Source: an uncultured virus (IMG/VR IMGVR_UViG_3300037418_000344)
Lineage: Duplodnaviria > Heunggongvirae > Uroviricota > Caudoviricetes
Reading direction: 5' to 3' (one strand)
Virus record (IMG/VR): IMGVR_UViG_3300037418_000344
DNA length: 20,000 nucleotides
In this document: positions 1 to 8,770 of the stretch, in pieces
Numbering within the stretch: the stretch's first letter is position 1
Layout: each line of letters begins with the position of its first letter
Notes under the pieces: generated by a model
Told to the model about the DNA's origin: nothing
Seen by the model: the letters and a program-made list of their open reading frames with translations, nothing else
Databases searched by the model: none
Made by a program: the position numbers and the translations under genes

Positions 1-603
1 AATATCTTCGATTGGACCATTATGCACTTGATACTTAAGCTGAGTGGCGTCTAACAGTTCTGGTGTAACGTTGTGAACCTCACCAAAAGCCAACTTAAAC
101 AGGTTATCTTTATTTGTTGGATTGGTTGTATTGACATCTCCAATCTTTTGCTCTGTAGCTGGAGTGTTCAACCGTTGAAGCTTGTCGAGAATCGTAAGTG
201 TAAGGGTCTTCTCGTCCTTGCTGTCGATAGTGGCAACAATGCCATTGAAGATCATCTGAAAGTCCGAACGCTGCCAACTAGGATCGCCAATCCAAGCAAC
301 AATAGAACGATTATCCCACACATCATTAAGCCAACTATCTCGCTCGCCGTTATTGTTAGCAATCTCAAGATCACCACCAGACAATCCGCCTGTCCCTTCA
401 ACATCCAGTTTTTCTGTGTATTGCAAACCGGATGTCAGTACAGGAAGATATTGCTGGTTAGCAGGGGTGTCTGTGGGGGCCGTAACATAAGCCCCCGTTG
501 AAAGGTAGCGAGTTGTTTCCACCCCGCCACTCTTAACATTCACCTCAACCAACACAATACGAGGAGCGGCAGGATTTTTAAGCCATGCCGCAAAATCAAT
601 CAT
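1..603 (-). CDS. Tail (tail-tip/baseplate hub region) protein, 3'-truncated by the window edge
   Basis: Not in the ORF track. Translated by hand from ATG at 603: MIDFAAWLKNPAAPRIVLVEVNVKSGGVETTRYLSTG...LAFGEVHNVTPELLDATQLKYQVHNGPIEDI, 201 codons with no stop to base 1. It starts 1 nt after the tape measure stop, with GAGG upstream. Position directly after the TMP implies a tail-tip gene. Confidence 0.8.
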   Translation of the reverse strand, partial: MIDFAAWLKNPAAPRIVLVEVNVKSGGVETTRYLSTGAYVTAPTDTPANQQYLPVLTSGLQYTEKLDVEGTGGLSGGDLEIANNNGERDSWLNDVWDNRSIVAWIGDPSWQRSDFQMIFNGIVATIDSKDEKTLTLTILDKLQRLNTPATEQKIGDVNTTNPTNKDNLFKLAFGEVHNVTPELLDATQLKYQVHNGPIEDI

Positions 604-604
604 A

Positions 605-3600
605 TTACCTCTCTACAATTTTATAAGATGTTCCAACTTTAGTTGATGTAATTGCAGTTGTAGTTCCACTCACAATCTTGTTAGCAGCATTGTCTTGAGA
701 ATCATACACAGCCCCCACAAGCGTGTTGGTTGTAGCTTGATTAGACTCTGCGACAGTGGCTTTCAAGTCGTTAATAGCTGCAACAACATCTGCATGCACA
801 ACGGATTGCGTACCTGTTGAAACGGTTGCTGTCACAGGAGTTATTGCCTGAGTGCTACCAGTGCTTCCAATCGGCTTAATTTCACCCTTAGCTTCAGGGC
901 TATTAGCAATGGCATTTGCAATATCTGTCAGCGAAACGCCTTGGCTAATTTTATCCAGCCAGAATTGCATACCTGCTGCGTCAGAAGCACGATGAAGGAT
1001 GTCGTTGTACAACTTCTCAATTGCAGACTGTGCATTGCTTGCCGCTTGATTCGCCACTTGATCACCTTTCGGAGTACCCTTGAGTGCAGTGATGAGATTG
1101 GCGATAGCTTGAGAAACAGTGAGCAGGCTATCATTAACATCAATCAAACCTTCTACTTGCTTGTTCAAAGCATCTAACGTTGCTTGAGCGACATTCACTT
1201 GCTTCTGAGCCCATTCAGTTGCTTGCTGTGTCACCTTCTGTGCGTACACAAAGTCTTTTTGATATTGTGCACCAGAGGCATTAGCCACTTTAGAAGCTTC
1301 AAGGAATGCTGTGTAGGACGCTTCAAACTGGTCTTGCGCATCTTTATCACCGTTCTGAGCTTTTTCAGCAACAGTCTCAAATTGAGATTTAGCTTCAAGG
1401 TACTTCTGCTGAGGAGTGAGAGGAGAAAGATCGCCAAGCATGCTAGAAGAGGACAATTGCTTCAACGTGGTGACAAGACTCTTCATCTTGTCTTGCGTCT
1501 CTTTAATCGCATCAGACTCGCGTTTGTAAGCGTCAGTCAGAGCACTGCGAGCATCATTTGCAAGCTTCTCAGTGTCATCGATTGTCTGCGCGAATGCAGG
1601 GGCAATGTTCATCAACGTGGCAAACATTTTCGCACCGGCTTCTGTCGTCAAATCAAGGCTATCCACAACTTGCTTGAATTGCTCTTTAGTTTTGACGTAA
1701 GACAACCCAAGGCCATCCATAGCAGTAGACACAGACTTGATGATCGGCATAAGCTTTTCTTGATCTGTGTAGATTGCGTTAATGTAGGACTTAACACCTT
1801 TTGTCAGATTGTCAACAGAACCAAATTGTTCGATCAAAGCTTCAGATGTGGAGATTGCATCTACTGCTTTTGGAATTGTTTTGCTGAGCGAATCAAACAC
1901 ATCTTTAACCTGTTGCAAGTCATTCGCAACACGCACCACAGTTTCCATCAACCCTTCACCAATCTTTTGATACTTCTGAAGGTCGGAGAACGCGAATTGC
2001 GCCATTTGATCGCCAAGCTTGGAGAATACATTCTGAAGAGTCTTTTGAATCTCGTCGCCGGTCATCCCTTTCAAGCTGATATTACCAATGTCAACAACAA
2101 AACTTTGCAGCTTCTTGTCAAACTCGTCGCCACCAATACCAAGACCAACAGCAGCAGTTTTGAGCGTGTCTTCCATGCTCAACACAACCTGAGTGATTTG
2201 GTTATTGAACTCAGTGCCCAAAGTTTGTGTTGATGTGTCGTGACTATCGCTGCGGAACCATCCACCGCTTGTGGTCGTGTTAGTGTACTGTTGACCCGTC
2301 AAGCCAGATGTTTCTACTTGACCAAGTGACGTTTTGCCGATGGTAAGTCCCGTGTCATCAACTGATTTAGAACCACCAAAGACACTACTCAGTGCTTTAC
2401 CAACAATACCATGTCCAACCATCGCCCCAATAAGTGCACCTGCGATTGTACCCAACACAGGAAATGCAAACGACATACCAATTGCTGCGTATGCTGCAAG
2501 GGAAGCTCCCCCAAGTGCTCCACCCACTGCACCCAATCCATTTACTGTTTTGTTGTCAAACGACTTACTATTATTTGCCGTGTAACCAGTGAGACCACTG
2601 TTTTGAACAGCCAGAATGGCAAAGCTGTTGATGCTGTTGTCCAGTTTCCTCAAAGCATCTAGCATATCGTTTTGCACAACAAGGCCAAGGCCGGAATTCT
2701 TCTCAGTGATTTTCAGCGAGTTGGCAATAGAATCAGACTTTTGACCAACCAGCTTGACATCTACACCATCAAGGATTGTTGGGGCGCCTAGCACTGTTCC
2801 AGTACCCTGCCGCCTCTGTTGTTCTTCCGAAGATATCGGACCACCGCCACCACCTGTAACAGCCACACCAAACGCAGCAACTGCTGCTGTCATTGCAGCT
2901 ACACCGGCAAATCCACCCCAACCAGATTGAGCGAACATTGTTGCCGCACCTGCTGCCAATTTAGCAGGGATAGATGCAAGAGCCATAGCCGTCTCTGCCA
3001 AGTGGAAGGCTTTGGAAATGCTTGTGGCAATTTTGTAACCCTGGCTTTGTTTATCGAAGAATCCGGAGGCGGCATCTGCAATGCTTCCATACATTGCAAT
3101 AGTAGATTGCGCGCTGCTATCTTGAAGTGCTGTAATTTGTCTTGTGCGCTCCTCGTCTGTAAGACCGTCCTTTTCCTTGACGATACGAATCTGATTTGCC
3201 AAATCGATCTGTTGAGACTGGCTTTCTGCGAACACTTTGAACATCTCGCCAGCGGCTTTTCCAGAGTTTCCAAACGCAGCCTTCAGCGATTTTTCAATCT
3301 CATTGCCCGCATCTTTCCACATCTTAACTTGCTCTGTGGCAATCTTAGTAAGGGCAGAAGAACGGTTGAGTGCGTCGTTGTTTTGTTTGTCATTGGCCTC
3401 TTTGGCGACATCGACAGCCTTAAGCTTCTGACGTGCTGCTATTTCTTTATCGATTTGAGCAACACGCCGCCCATTCATAGCTTGCTCAATCAAGTCATTG
3501 CTTTGCAGAGAATCACGCTCAGCTTGGAGTGTGTCGATCTTCGCCTGTTCAACTTCACTTGCCATCTCTTTTTGGCGTACACCAACAGCCTTAACTGCAT

Positions 3601-5851
3601 CCGGCAGATTGGTGTACGCATCAACTTGGGCTTGCACAGATTTGGTCTGCCTCTCAATCTGCTTGAGAATATTGTCTTGCTCTTTTTGTTGTTTTGCTTG
3701 TTCTGCTGCGTAATTAACATCAGGGACAAGATCATTCATCTTGCTCTTGACATCAATGTCGCTCATAACTTTATTCAGTTGTTTTTGAATGTTAGCACGT
3801 TTACTAGCAGCATCGTTCGCCAACCGGATGTCGTTGGTGTGGAAAGCATCAATTGCATCAAGTGCTTTTTGAAGATGGTCTTTCTCAAGTTGAAGTTCAT
3901 CGTCAAGGAGCTTTTCTTTTTGGGCTTGAGCATCCTCATCCTCCATCAGGCCGTACTTGTTTTTAAAATCGATGAGCTTAATTTCGTTGTCCATTGCCCG
4001 CTTTTGGACTTCATACCTCTCATTGATTTCATTTACGGTTTTGTCAAGACCTGACATCCCCTCTGTATGGGGTTTCGGTGCAGCTTTAATGCTATCACGT
4101 TCAACCTGCTTACGCATCATTTCGACACTTGCATCCGACAATACACCTTGCATCATCGCAGCATAGGCAGGATCGTTCCTAGCTTTCTCACGTTGTTGTG
4201 CAATCACATTATCGAAACGTGCAAGACGTTGCTGAAGATTCTCTTCGCCTTTGGAACGTTCCATCAAGTTGCGTAGATAGACTTGCTGTTCATTAGCAAG
4301 GCGATCCATCGTCTTATTATGGGCCTTATCCGCAGCGTCGTATTCGCCCTGAAGAATCGCGTTTTGAAGCTCTTTAATTTTCGCCTTGTCCTCGCGCACA
4401 CCGAAGTCATTGTCACCTTTACCAAAGCTCTCAAGACGAGCAAGGTGATCTTGTGTCTCTTTGAGTTGATCTGTTAAACTTCCTTTGTGCAACAGGTTGT
4501 TCCAGAAGTTAGACGCTTTCTGTCCCATTGTGTCTAGAAGCGAACCTAATGATGTAAGCTGAGACTTCAATTCCTCAGCACGCTTCTTCTCTTCTCCAGC
4601 AAGAGCCGCAATAGCTACGCGAGATGCCGCCGCATGCTCACCTTGACGTTCAAGCTGCATGATGTGGGCAAGCACTGTAGGCTCAAGGAAGTGCATTTGC
4701 TCATCAAGTTGCATGGCGGCGTTCGACACATCTTTGAAGCCTTTGTCAGTAATCTTCAGAGGATTTCCAGCCAGCTTCTCAAAAGCAGCTGCTGTCTTTT
4801 CAATAGACACACCTGCGTACTTCTCCATACCAACAGCAGCTTCGGCAATGAGGTTAATTTGATCCGCAGTAAACTTGCCTGTGGAAGCAACAGCGATAAC
4901 AGCCTCACGAGCCTTGCCGAATTCACCGTAAGCAGAGCCGATACGATTTGCCATCGTGTACAGTGCATCTCCTGTTGCCCCAGCAGAGTTCCCTGTCAGA
5001 ATAACTTCTTTGTTCAAATCTTTTAGAGCAGAAGCACTGTGCATGTACGTCATAATACCGGCAGCAAGTGCGACACCGACAGCCACGATGGCACCGAGCA
5101 ACACACCGAACGATACACCAAGCGCACTTGCTGCACTTCCCAGCGCCTTCCAAATTGCAGGCATTACATTGACACGCTCGCCCAACACAAGCAAGGAGCC
5201 GTAAAAACGATTAAGCTGCCCTGTAGCAAGTTCGTGAGTCAGGACCAGCAACTCACGAGACGTACCCGCTGTAGCAAGGCTCAATCCTTCATGAGCACCT
5301 TTAGCACTTTTAAGCTTGTTGATATATCCGTCAACTTGATCTGACACTCCAAGTTGGGCAGCACGCGAGCGTAATTGCTCTGCGTTATAATCTCGGATTT
5401 CTTTTGTGGTCATCCCTATAGTGTCAGCTTGACGCTTCAATGTCGCCACAAACGCATCTACATCTCTGTTAATACTATTGGCAGCGGTTTGAGCTTGGCG
5501 CAGGGCTGCAGCTTCTTCTCGTGCCGCTGCGGCAGCATCTTTCCACCTCTGCACTTGCGACATCATGTCAATTTTTTCCATCTGCTCACGGATTTTAGCA
5601 GCCATTTTAGCTGCTTCGTCTTGTGCAGATGTAGCATTCCTGACACTACTTGTGAGTGCATTGAATCCTTGTACAGCTTGTTGGGCAGCATCAACTTGCA
5701 CCTTAGCTGACGCTTGTGCACCGCTGCCAATATTGGATGTATTCTTCTCAGCTTTCTCGCCAGCAGTTGCAAGATCATTGAGTGCTTTTGTAGCATCAGC
5801 GATGCCTGTCGAATTAACGACAATTGTTAGGCTTGAAGCTTCTAGGCTCAT
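605..5851 (-). CDS. Tail tape measure protein (lambda H-like N-terminal region, DUF4214-like domain near the C-terminus)
   Basis: 1748 aa, Ala/Gln/Lys-rich coiled-coil with Gly/Ala hydrophobic stretches. Contains the lambda-family segment LNKEVILTGNSAGATGDALYTMA...STGKFTADQI. Lies directly after the chaperone pair; RBS GGGAG upstream. Confidence 0.95.
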   Translation of the reverse strand: MSLEASSLTIVVNSTGIADATKALNDLATAGEKAEKNTSNIGSGAQASAKVQVDAAQQAVQGFNALTSSVRNATSAQDEAAKMAAKIREQMEKIDMMSQVQRWKDAAAAAREEAAALRQAQTAANSINRDVDAFVATLKRQADTIGMTTKEIRDYNAEQLRSRAAQLGVSDQVDGYINKLKSAKGAHEGLSLATAGTSRELLVLTHELATGQLNRFYGSLLVLGERVNVMPAIWKALGSAASALGVSFGVLLGAIVAVGVALAAGIMTYMHSASALKDLNKEVILTGNSAGATGDALYTMANRIGSAYGEFGKAREAVIAVASTGKFTADQINLIAEAAVGMEKYAGVSIEKTAAAFEKLAGNPLKITDKGFKDVSNAAMQLDEQMHFLEPTVLAHIMQLERQGEHAAASRVAIAALAGEEKKRAEELKSQLTSLGSLLDTMGQKASNFWNNLLHKGSLTDQLKETQDHLARLESFGKGDNDFGVREDKAKIKELQNAILQGEYDAADKAHNKTMDRLANEQQVYLRNLMERSKGEENLQQRLARFDNVIAQQREKARNDPAYAAMMQGVLSDASVEMMRKQVERDSIKAAPKPHTEGMSGLDKTVNEINERYEVQKRAMDNEIKLIDFKNKYGLMEDEDAQAQKEKLLDDELQLEKDHLQKALDAIDAFHTNDIRLANDAASKRANIQKQLNKVMSDIDVKSKMNDLVPDVNYAAEQAKQQKEQDNILKQIERQTKSVQAQVDAYTNLPDAVKAVGVRQKEMASEVEQAKIDTLQAERDSLQSNDLIEQAMNGRRVAQIDKEIAARQKLKAVDVAKEANDKQNNDALNRSSALTKIATEQVKMWKDAGNEIEKSLKAAFGNSGKAAGEMFKVFAESQSQQIDLANQIRIVKEKDGLTDEERTRQITALQDSSAQSTIAMYGSIADAASGFFDKQSQGYKIATSISKAFHLAETAMALASIPAKLAAGAATMFAQSGWGGFAGVAAMTAAVAAFGVAVTGGGGGPISSEEQQRRQGTGTVLGAPTILDGVDVKLVGQKSDSIANSLKITEKNSGLGLVVQNDMLDALRKLDNSINSFAILAVQNSGLTGYTANNSKSFDNKTVNGLGAVGGALGGASLAAYAAIGMSFAFPVLGTIAGALIGAMVGHGIVGKALSSVFGGSKSVDDTGLTIGKTSLGQVETSGLTGQQYTNTTTSGGWFRSDSHDTSTQTLGTEFNNQITQVVLSMEDTLKTAAVGLGIGGDEFDKKLQSFVVDIGNISLKGMTGDEIQKTLQNVFSKLGDQMAQFAFSDLQKYQKIGEGLMETVVRVANDLQQVKDVFDSLSKTIPKAVDAISTSEALIEQFGSVDNLTKGVKSYINAIYTDQEKLMPIIKSVSTAMDGLGLSYVKTKEQFKQVVDSLDLTTEAGAKMFATLMNIAPAFAQTIDDTEKLANDARSALTDAYKRESDAIKETQDKMKSLVTTLKQLSSSSMLGDLSPLTPQQKYLEAKSQFETVAEKAQNGDKDAQDQFEASYTAFLEASKVANASGAQYQKDFVYAQKVTQQATEWAQKQVNVAQATLDALNKQVEGLIDVNDSLLTVSQAIANLITALKGTPKGDQVANQAASNAQSAIEKLYNDILHRASDAAGMQFWLDKISQGVSLTDIANAIANSPEAKGEIKPIGSTGSTQAITPVTATVSTGTQSVVHADVVAAINDLKATVAESNQATTNTLVGAVYDSQDNAANKIVSGTTTAITSTKVGTSYKIVER

Positions 5852-5852
5852 A

Positions 5853-6350
5853 TCACTCCCTTTGTTGTTGTCTCAAAAGTCTCATTTGTTCCATGAAGCC
5901 AATCGCCTTACCAATCTTGTCAACTTCATTTTCTTCCACCTCGGGGGTGTATGGTGCAGGACGCTTAGGGTCGCTTGCACGGCTGTATTCTGCGCAATAC
6001 GCTTCGGACATTCGCTTTAAGAGTTCCCTTTCCCACAGCGTAATGTCTAACTCGTTCACATCAATAAATGCCTTAATTTCTAGCCAAGATAAAGGCATCA
6101 AGCCCATTCCTGATTGCAACGCTTGCCCGGAAAGTGAAAAGATCGCGAGCAGATGACTCCACGGGCCGGGAATCTCCGGTAGTTGAATCTCTGTCGCGAT
6201 CTCTATCAGGTTGCCATCTTCTTCACGTTGCCCAAGATGCTTACCTTGGGCCATTTCAAAACGGCTGTATTTTGATTTTTCAGGCGTGGCGCCTAAGAAC
6301 GCAAGCTGTCTTGCGTACAATATAAATTGGGAACTTAGACTTTCAAAAAA
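5853..6350 (-). CDS. Tail assembly chaperone, frameshifted C-terminal part (gpGT/gpT-like)
   Basis: The 5853..6320 ORF has only a TTG start and no evident RBS. Its frame stays open upstream to the T-TTT-TTG slippery site at 6350-6344. Contains the PLSWLEIKAF...ITLWERELLKRMSEAY motif typical of gpT-like chaperones. Confidence 0.85.
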   Translation of the reverse strand, partial: FFESLSSQFILYARQLAFLGATPEKSKYSRFEMAQGKHLGQREEDGNLIEIATEIQLPEIPGPWSHLLAIFSLSGQALQSGMGLMPLSWLEIKAFIDVNELDITLWERELLKRMSEAYCAEYSRASDPKRPAPYTPEVEENEVDKIGKAIGFMEQMRLLRQQQRE

Positions 6351-6751
6351 CTTGCAGTGTCTCCGATTGCCTCATTAACTTGTTTCTTCACCCAATCGTA
6401 CTTGGCGTCCGAGTACAGCTTACGGAATGCGTCAGGGTTGTCAACAGGCTCTCCATCCAGAGTGAGGTTATCAATCTTAACCGACAACGCAGTCAGAAAT
6501 TCAACACTTTGTTCACGCATTTCATCCGGCGTTGCTTCACGCTTTCCACGTTTAGCTGCCTTCTTCATCATTGCATCTACCGCCTTGCGGTAGGCGGCGC
6601 TAGCTTCACCTTTCACTGTCACTTGCACAGGCTTCGACTCCGGGTCTTCACCTTTTTTAACAGGGGCGAACAGCGGCATTTCAGTAACAGGGTGATTCAA
6701 TTGGAAAGTGGTTTCATCCGACAGGGCCAGCGAATTAAGTTCAAAAGTCAT
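6335..6751 (-). CDS. Tail assembly chaperone (gpG-like)
   Basis: 138 aa, located between the tail tube and TMP. RBS AAAGGA. Ends ...TASFLKV* across a slippery sequence. Confidence 0.88.
   Translation of the reverse strand: MTFELNSLALSDETTFQLNHPVTEMPLFAPVKKGEDPESKPVQVTVKGEASAAYRKAVDAMMKKAAKRGKREATPDEMREQSVEFLTALSVKIDNLTLDGEPVDNPDAFRKLYSDAKYDWVKKQVNEAIGDTASFLKV
6344..6350 (-). other. -1 programmed ribosomal frameshift slippery heptamer T TTT TTG
   Basis: Minus strand reads GCA AGT TTT TTG AAA GTC TAA. A -1 slip gives ...TTT GAA AGT CTA AGT TCC CAA TTT ATA TTG TAC GCA, in frame with ORF 5853..6320. Confidence 0.85.
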
Positions 6752-6772
6752 GGTAGAGTTCCTTTAGTTATG

Positions 6773-7744
6773 TTATGCTGCTTGTGCAGCTTGGTTGTTA
6801 GAGCTATATTGCTCTTTGGATTGTTGTGAAATTAGTTGTTCGATACGGTTTAGGAGGGATGCTAGGTTTACGTCGTAGAAGCATTCTCGCCATCCGTCAA
6901 ACGGCATTAAAGGTTGAATGTATTGAGATTTTAACTCTTGTAATATTAGAGTTTCGGTTTTACGCGCTCGCCAACCTTCGACAAAACTGTATGTCTTTAA
7001 TACTTTCAAATCTTTACCTGAATATCTTGCGACTGTTTTGCAGCGCTTCTCCGGGTTGTTATTTGTAATTCCAATTTTCGTCATATCCCCGTCTGTAAGA
7101 ACATATAGAAAACCTTTTTGTGAGCCTTTGAATCCAGATACCGAACAATACGGACAACCTCGTCCTGAAAGATGAGAACCGGGCGCCTGCCAAAAACTTT
7201 CGTGCTCTGGACAAATTATCTCAACCTTTACTTCAGAATTTTTGTACACGACCTTGTGGTATTGATACCTATTACCATGCACATCATTGGCATCTTGGAT
7301 AAAATTCTCCAAGGTTTTTCTACATCTATCACCTTGTTCCTTGAGGTTACACTTCGGGCAACCTGCACGATTGGCGGTATGGTTGTGGAATGACTGAGAA
7401 AACCACCCATGCTCATAGCAAAAGATATCAATTTTAGAATTCTTGTTCGTGTAACCAAGAGGTTCTTTGTACACGTACCTGTCACCATGCGCTTGCCTGA
7501 TTTCTTCCCGTGCAACGTACTCAGGTTTTCTCCGGGAGTTGGCTACAGACTCTTTGCCGCACTCTGGGCACCCGCTGCCGTTAAGAAAGTCATTAGGGAG
7601 TGCCATCCAATCTTGGTGTTTGAAACATGTTATCGACACTTTAACTCGTGCGCCGTCATACCTTACATTTTCATATCCGTACTTGGTTCCATGCTTGCTG
7701 ATAGCATCTTGTATAAATTCTTCGGTTGTTTTCTTCTTAGTCAT
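6773..7744 (-). CDS. Free-standing putative homing endonuclease: three zinc-ribbon (DUF723-like) repeats plus a C-terminal GIY-YIG/T5orf172-like nuclease domain
   Basis: Three ~65-aa repeats of the form F...HG..Y.Y....Y......V.I.C..H.......H..G.GCP.C. The C-terminus has GFLYVL...KIGITNNNPEKR...E...FDGWRECF. AT-rich, inserted between tail tube and chaperone. Confidence 0.85.
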   Translation of the reverse strand: MTKKKTTEEFIQDAISKHGTKYGYENVRYDGARVKVSITCFKHQDWMALPNDFLNGSGCPECGKESVANSRRKPEYVAREEIRQAHGDRYVYKEPLGYTNKNSKIDIFCYEHGWFSQSFHNHTANRAGCPKCNLKEQGDRCRKTLENFIQDANDVHGNRYQYHKVVYKNSEVKVEIICPEHESFWQAPGSHLSGRGCPYCSVSGFKGSQKGFLYVLTDGDMTKIGITNNNPEKRCKTVARYSGKDLKVLKTYSFVEGWRARKTETLILQELKSQYIQPLMPFDGWRECFYDVNLASLLNRIEQLISQQSKEQYSSNNQAAQAA

Positions 7745-7798
7745 AAATCTCTGTCTTTAACATTCTGTTTATAAGAACGCTGAAGAGAGGGATTTACA
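7742..7798 (-). promoter_or_regulatory. Hairpin sequestering the RBS and start codon of the endonuclease gene
   Basis: Arms TGTAAATCCCTCTCTTCAGCGTTCT (7798-7774) and AGAATGTTAAAGACAGAGATTTATG (7766-7742) pair in register: 25 positions, 18 Watson-Crick, 4 G-U, 3 mismatches, loop TATAAAC. Confidence 0.75.
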
Positions 7799-7820
7799 GT
7801 CCCGTACCTCTTACAACAAG

Positions 7821-7836
7821 GAGGGCTTTCGCCCTC
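7821..7836 (-). terminator. Terminator-like or stabilising hairpin after the tail tube gene
   Basis: GAGGGC-GAAA-GCCCTC (GNRA loop), 8 nt after the stop codon. The following tract CTTGTTGT is a weak U-run, so it is probably leaky. Confidence 0.6.
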
Positions 7837-7844
7837 TATACTAC

Positions 7845-8294
7845 TTACGTACCGCTGATAATCGAATTATCCAGTTCGATGTCGATTGTTTGCTCCAGAA
7901 TTTTGTCTGCTGTGCCGACATTAACTTGAAGCGAAGTTACAACGCCCGAAAAGTAGTCCTTCCCCATAGAGCCGGGGTAAGTCACCTTAAAAGCTACCGA
8001 CGAACGCGAATTAAATGCTGTTTGAAGTGCTGTGTAATCAGCACCCGCATGCTTAGCAAGAGTCATCGAGATAGTGCCATAGTCCACACTACCAGCCCGC
8101 TTCACTACGGTCGCCGTGTCGATTGGAATGTGCTTAATAATTTGGCTTTTACCGCCAAAGACACCGAGGTTCGACACTTCGGCAATAGGAATCCACGTCA
8201 GAGATGCGAAGTCTGTGGCAGTATAGGTTGCGGGCAGCGTAGCCGAAACGCTGATCGAAGTAGTTGCGCTAGTAATAGCGAGAGAACCGCTCAT
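7845..8294 (-). CDS. Major tail tube protein
   Basis: 149 aa, beta-rich (W..IAEV.NLG.FGG...K.AGSVDYG...FKVTYP...YFSG.V). Strong RBS AAAGGA. Sits between the terminator and chaperone genes. Confidence 0.85.
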   Translation of the reverse strand: MSGSLAITSATTSISVSATLPATYTATDFASLTWIPIAEVSNLGVFGGKSQIIKHIPIDTATVVKRAGSVDYGTISMTLAKHAGADYTALQTAFNSRSSVAFKVTYPGSMGKDYFSGVVTSLQVNVGTADKILEQTIDIELDNSIISGT

Positions 8295-8319
8295 ATTTAT
8301 TTCCTTTAAAAATTAAGTT

Positions 8320-8335
8320 ATCTTTTGCAAAAGAT
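8320..8335. repeat. Perfect 16-bp palindrome ATCTTTTGCAAAAGAT upstream of the tail tube gene
   Basis: Read directly from the sequence; it is its own reverse complement. Confidence 0.8.
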
Positions 8336-8342
8336 GCTTGTT

Positions 8343-8360
8343 ATACGGCTCTCACCGTAT
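8343..8360 (-). other. GNRA-tetraloop hairpin in the terminator-tube intergenic region
   Basis: ATACGGT-GAGA-GCCGTAT, a 7-bp stem including one U-G pair. No U-tract follows. Confidence 0.55.
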
Positions 8361-8362
8361 CC

Positions 8363-8770
8363 TTATGAGCCTTCAAGCTCTTGTCTATACTGCACCCTCA
8401 CCACAGCAACCCTAAAAGCCGCATCCGTCATAGGAGGGCTAACATTTGCGGGTTGCTCTACACTGAATGTGCTATACTTTGTCTTGTCATACACAGGGAA
8501 CAATGCAGCAATTGCGCCAGTAAGGCCGTCAAGCTGCTTCATCCCTTTGCCATCGGGTACATACACCATGATCTGGAAAGAGCCATAAACACGTTGTCGT
8601 TGAGCGTCTACAGTGGCATTTGTAATAGCATTACTAAGAAACACCACTTGCAAATACGGTGAATTTGTAGGCTTGTTGAACGCCACACCTTCATACGCGA
8701 CAGGGATTGCAGGACTTTGTGCAGCAGCGAAGGAGGCGATAGCCGACTCTACTTCTTGTCTAATGTTCAT
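8363..8770 (-). CDS. Tail terminator protein (DUF4128-like)
   Basis: 135 aa, with IPVAYEGVAF...YLQV...GSFQIMVYVPDGKG...AIAALFP. Lies immediately upstream of the tube gene. Confidence 0.8.
   Translation of the reverse strand: MNIRQEVESAIASFAAAQSPAIPVAYEGVAFNKPTNSPYLQVVFLSNAITNATVDAQRQRVYGSFQIMVYVPDGKGMKQLDGLTGAIAALFPVYDKTKYSTFSVEQPANVSPPMTDAAFRVAVVRVQYRQELEGS

Noticed and set aside
73..6325. Long plus-strand ORFs (e.g. 73..501, 1184..2233, 2819..4054, 5565..6020)
   Set aside because: Antisense shadows of the tail, TMP and chaperone genes, with no recognisable motifs and atypical composition.
7783..7812. Possible tRNA-Tyr gene (GGGA-CTGTAAA-TCCC)
   Set aside because: Only an anticodon-like stem-loop; no D arm, T-psi-C motif or acceptor stem. 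Kept as part of the leader-switch finding.
7790..7820. Sigma70 promoter for the 6773..7744 endonuclease (TTGTTG-17-TAAATC)
   Set aside because: Both hexamers match consensus poorly; not supportable from sequence alone.
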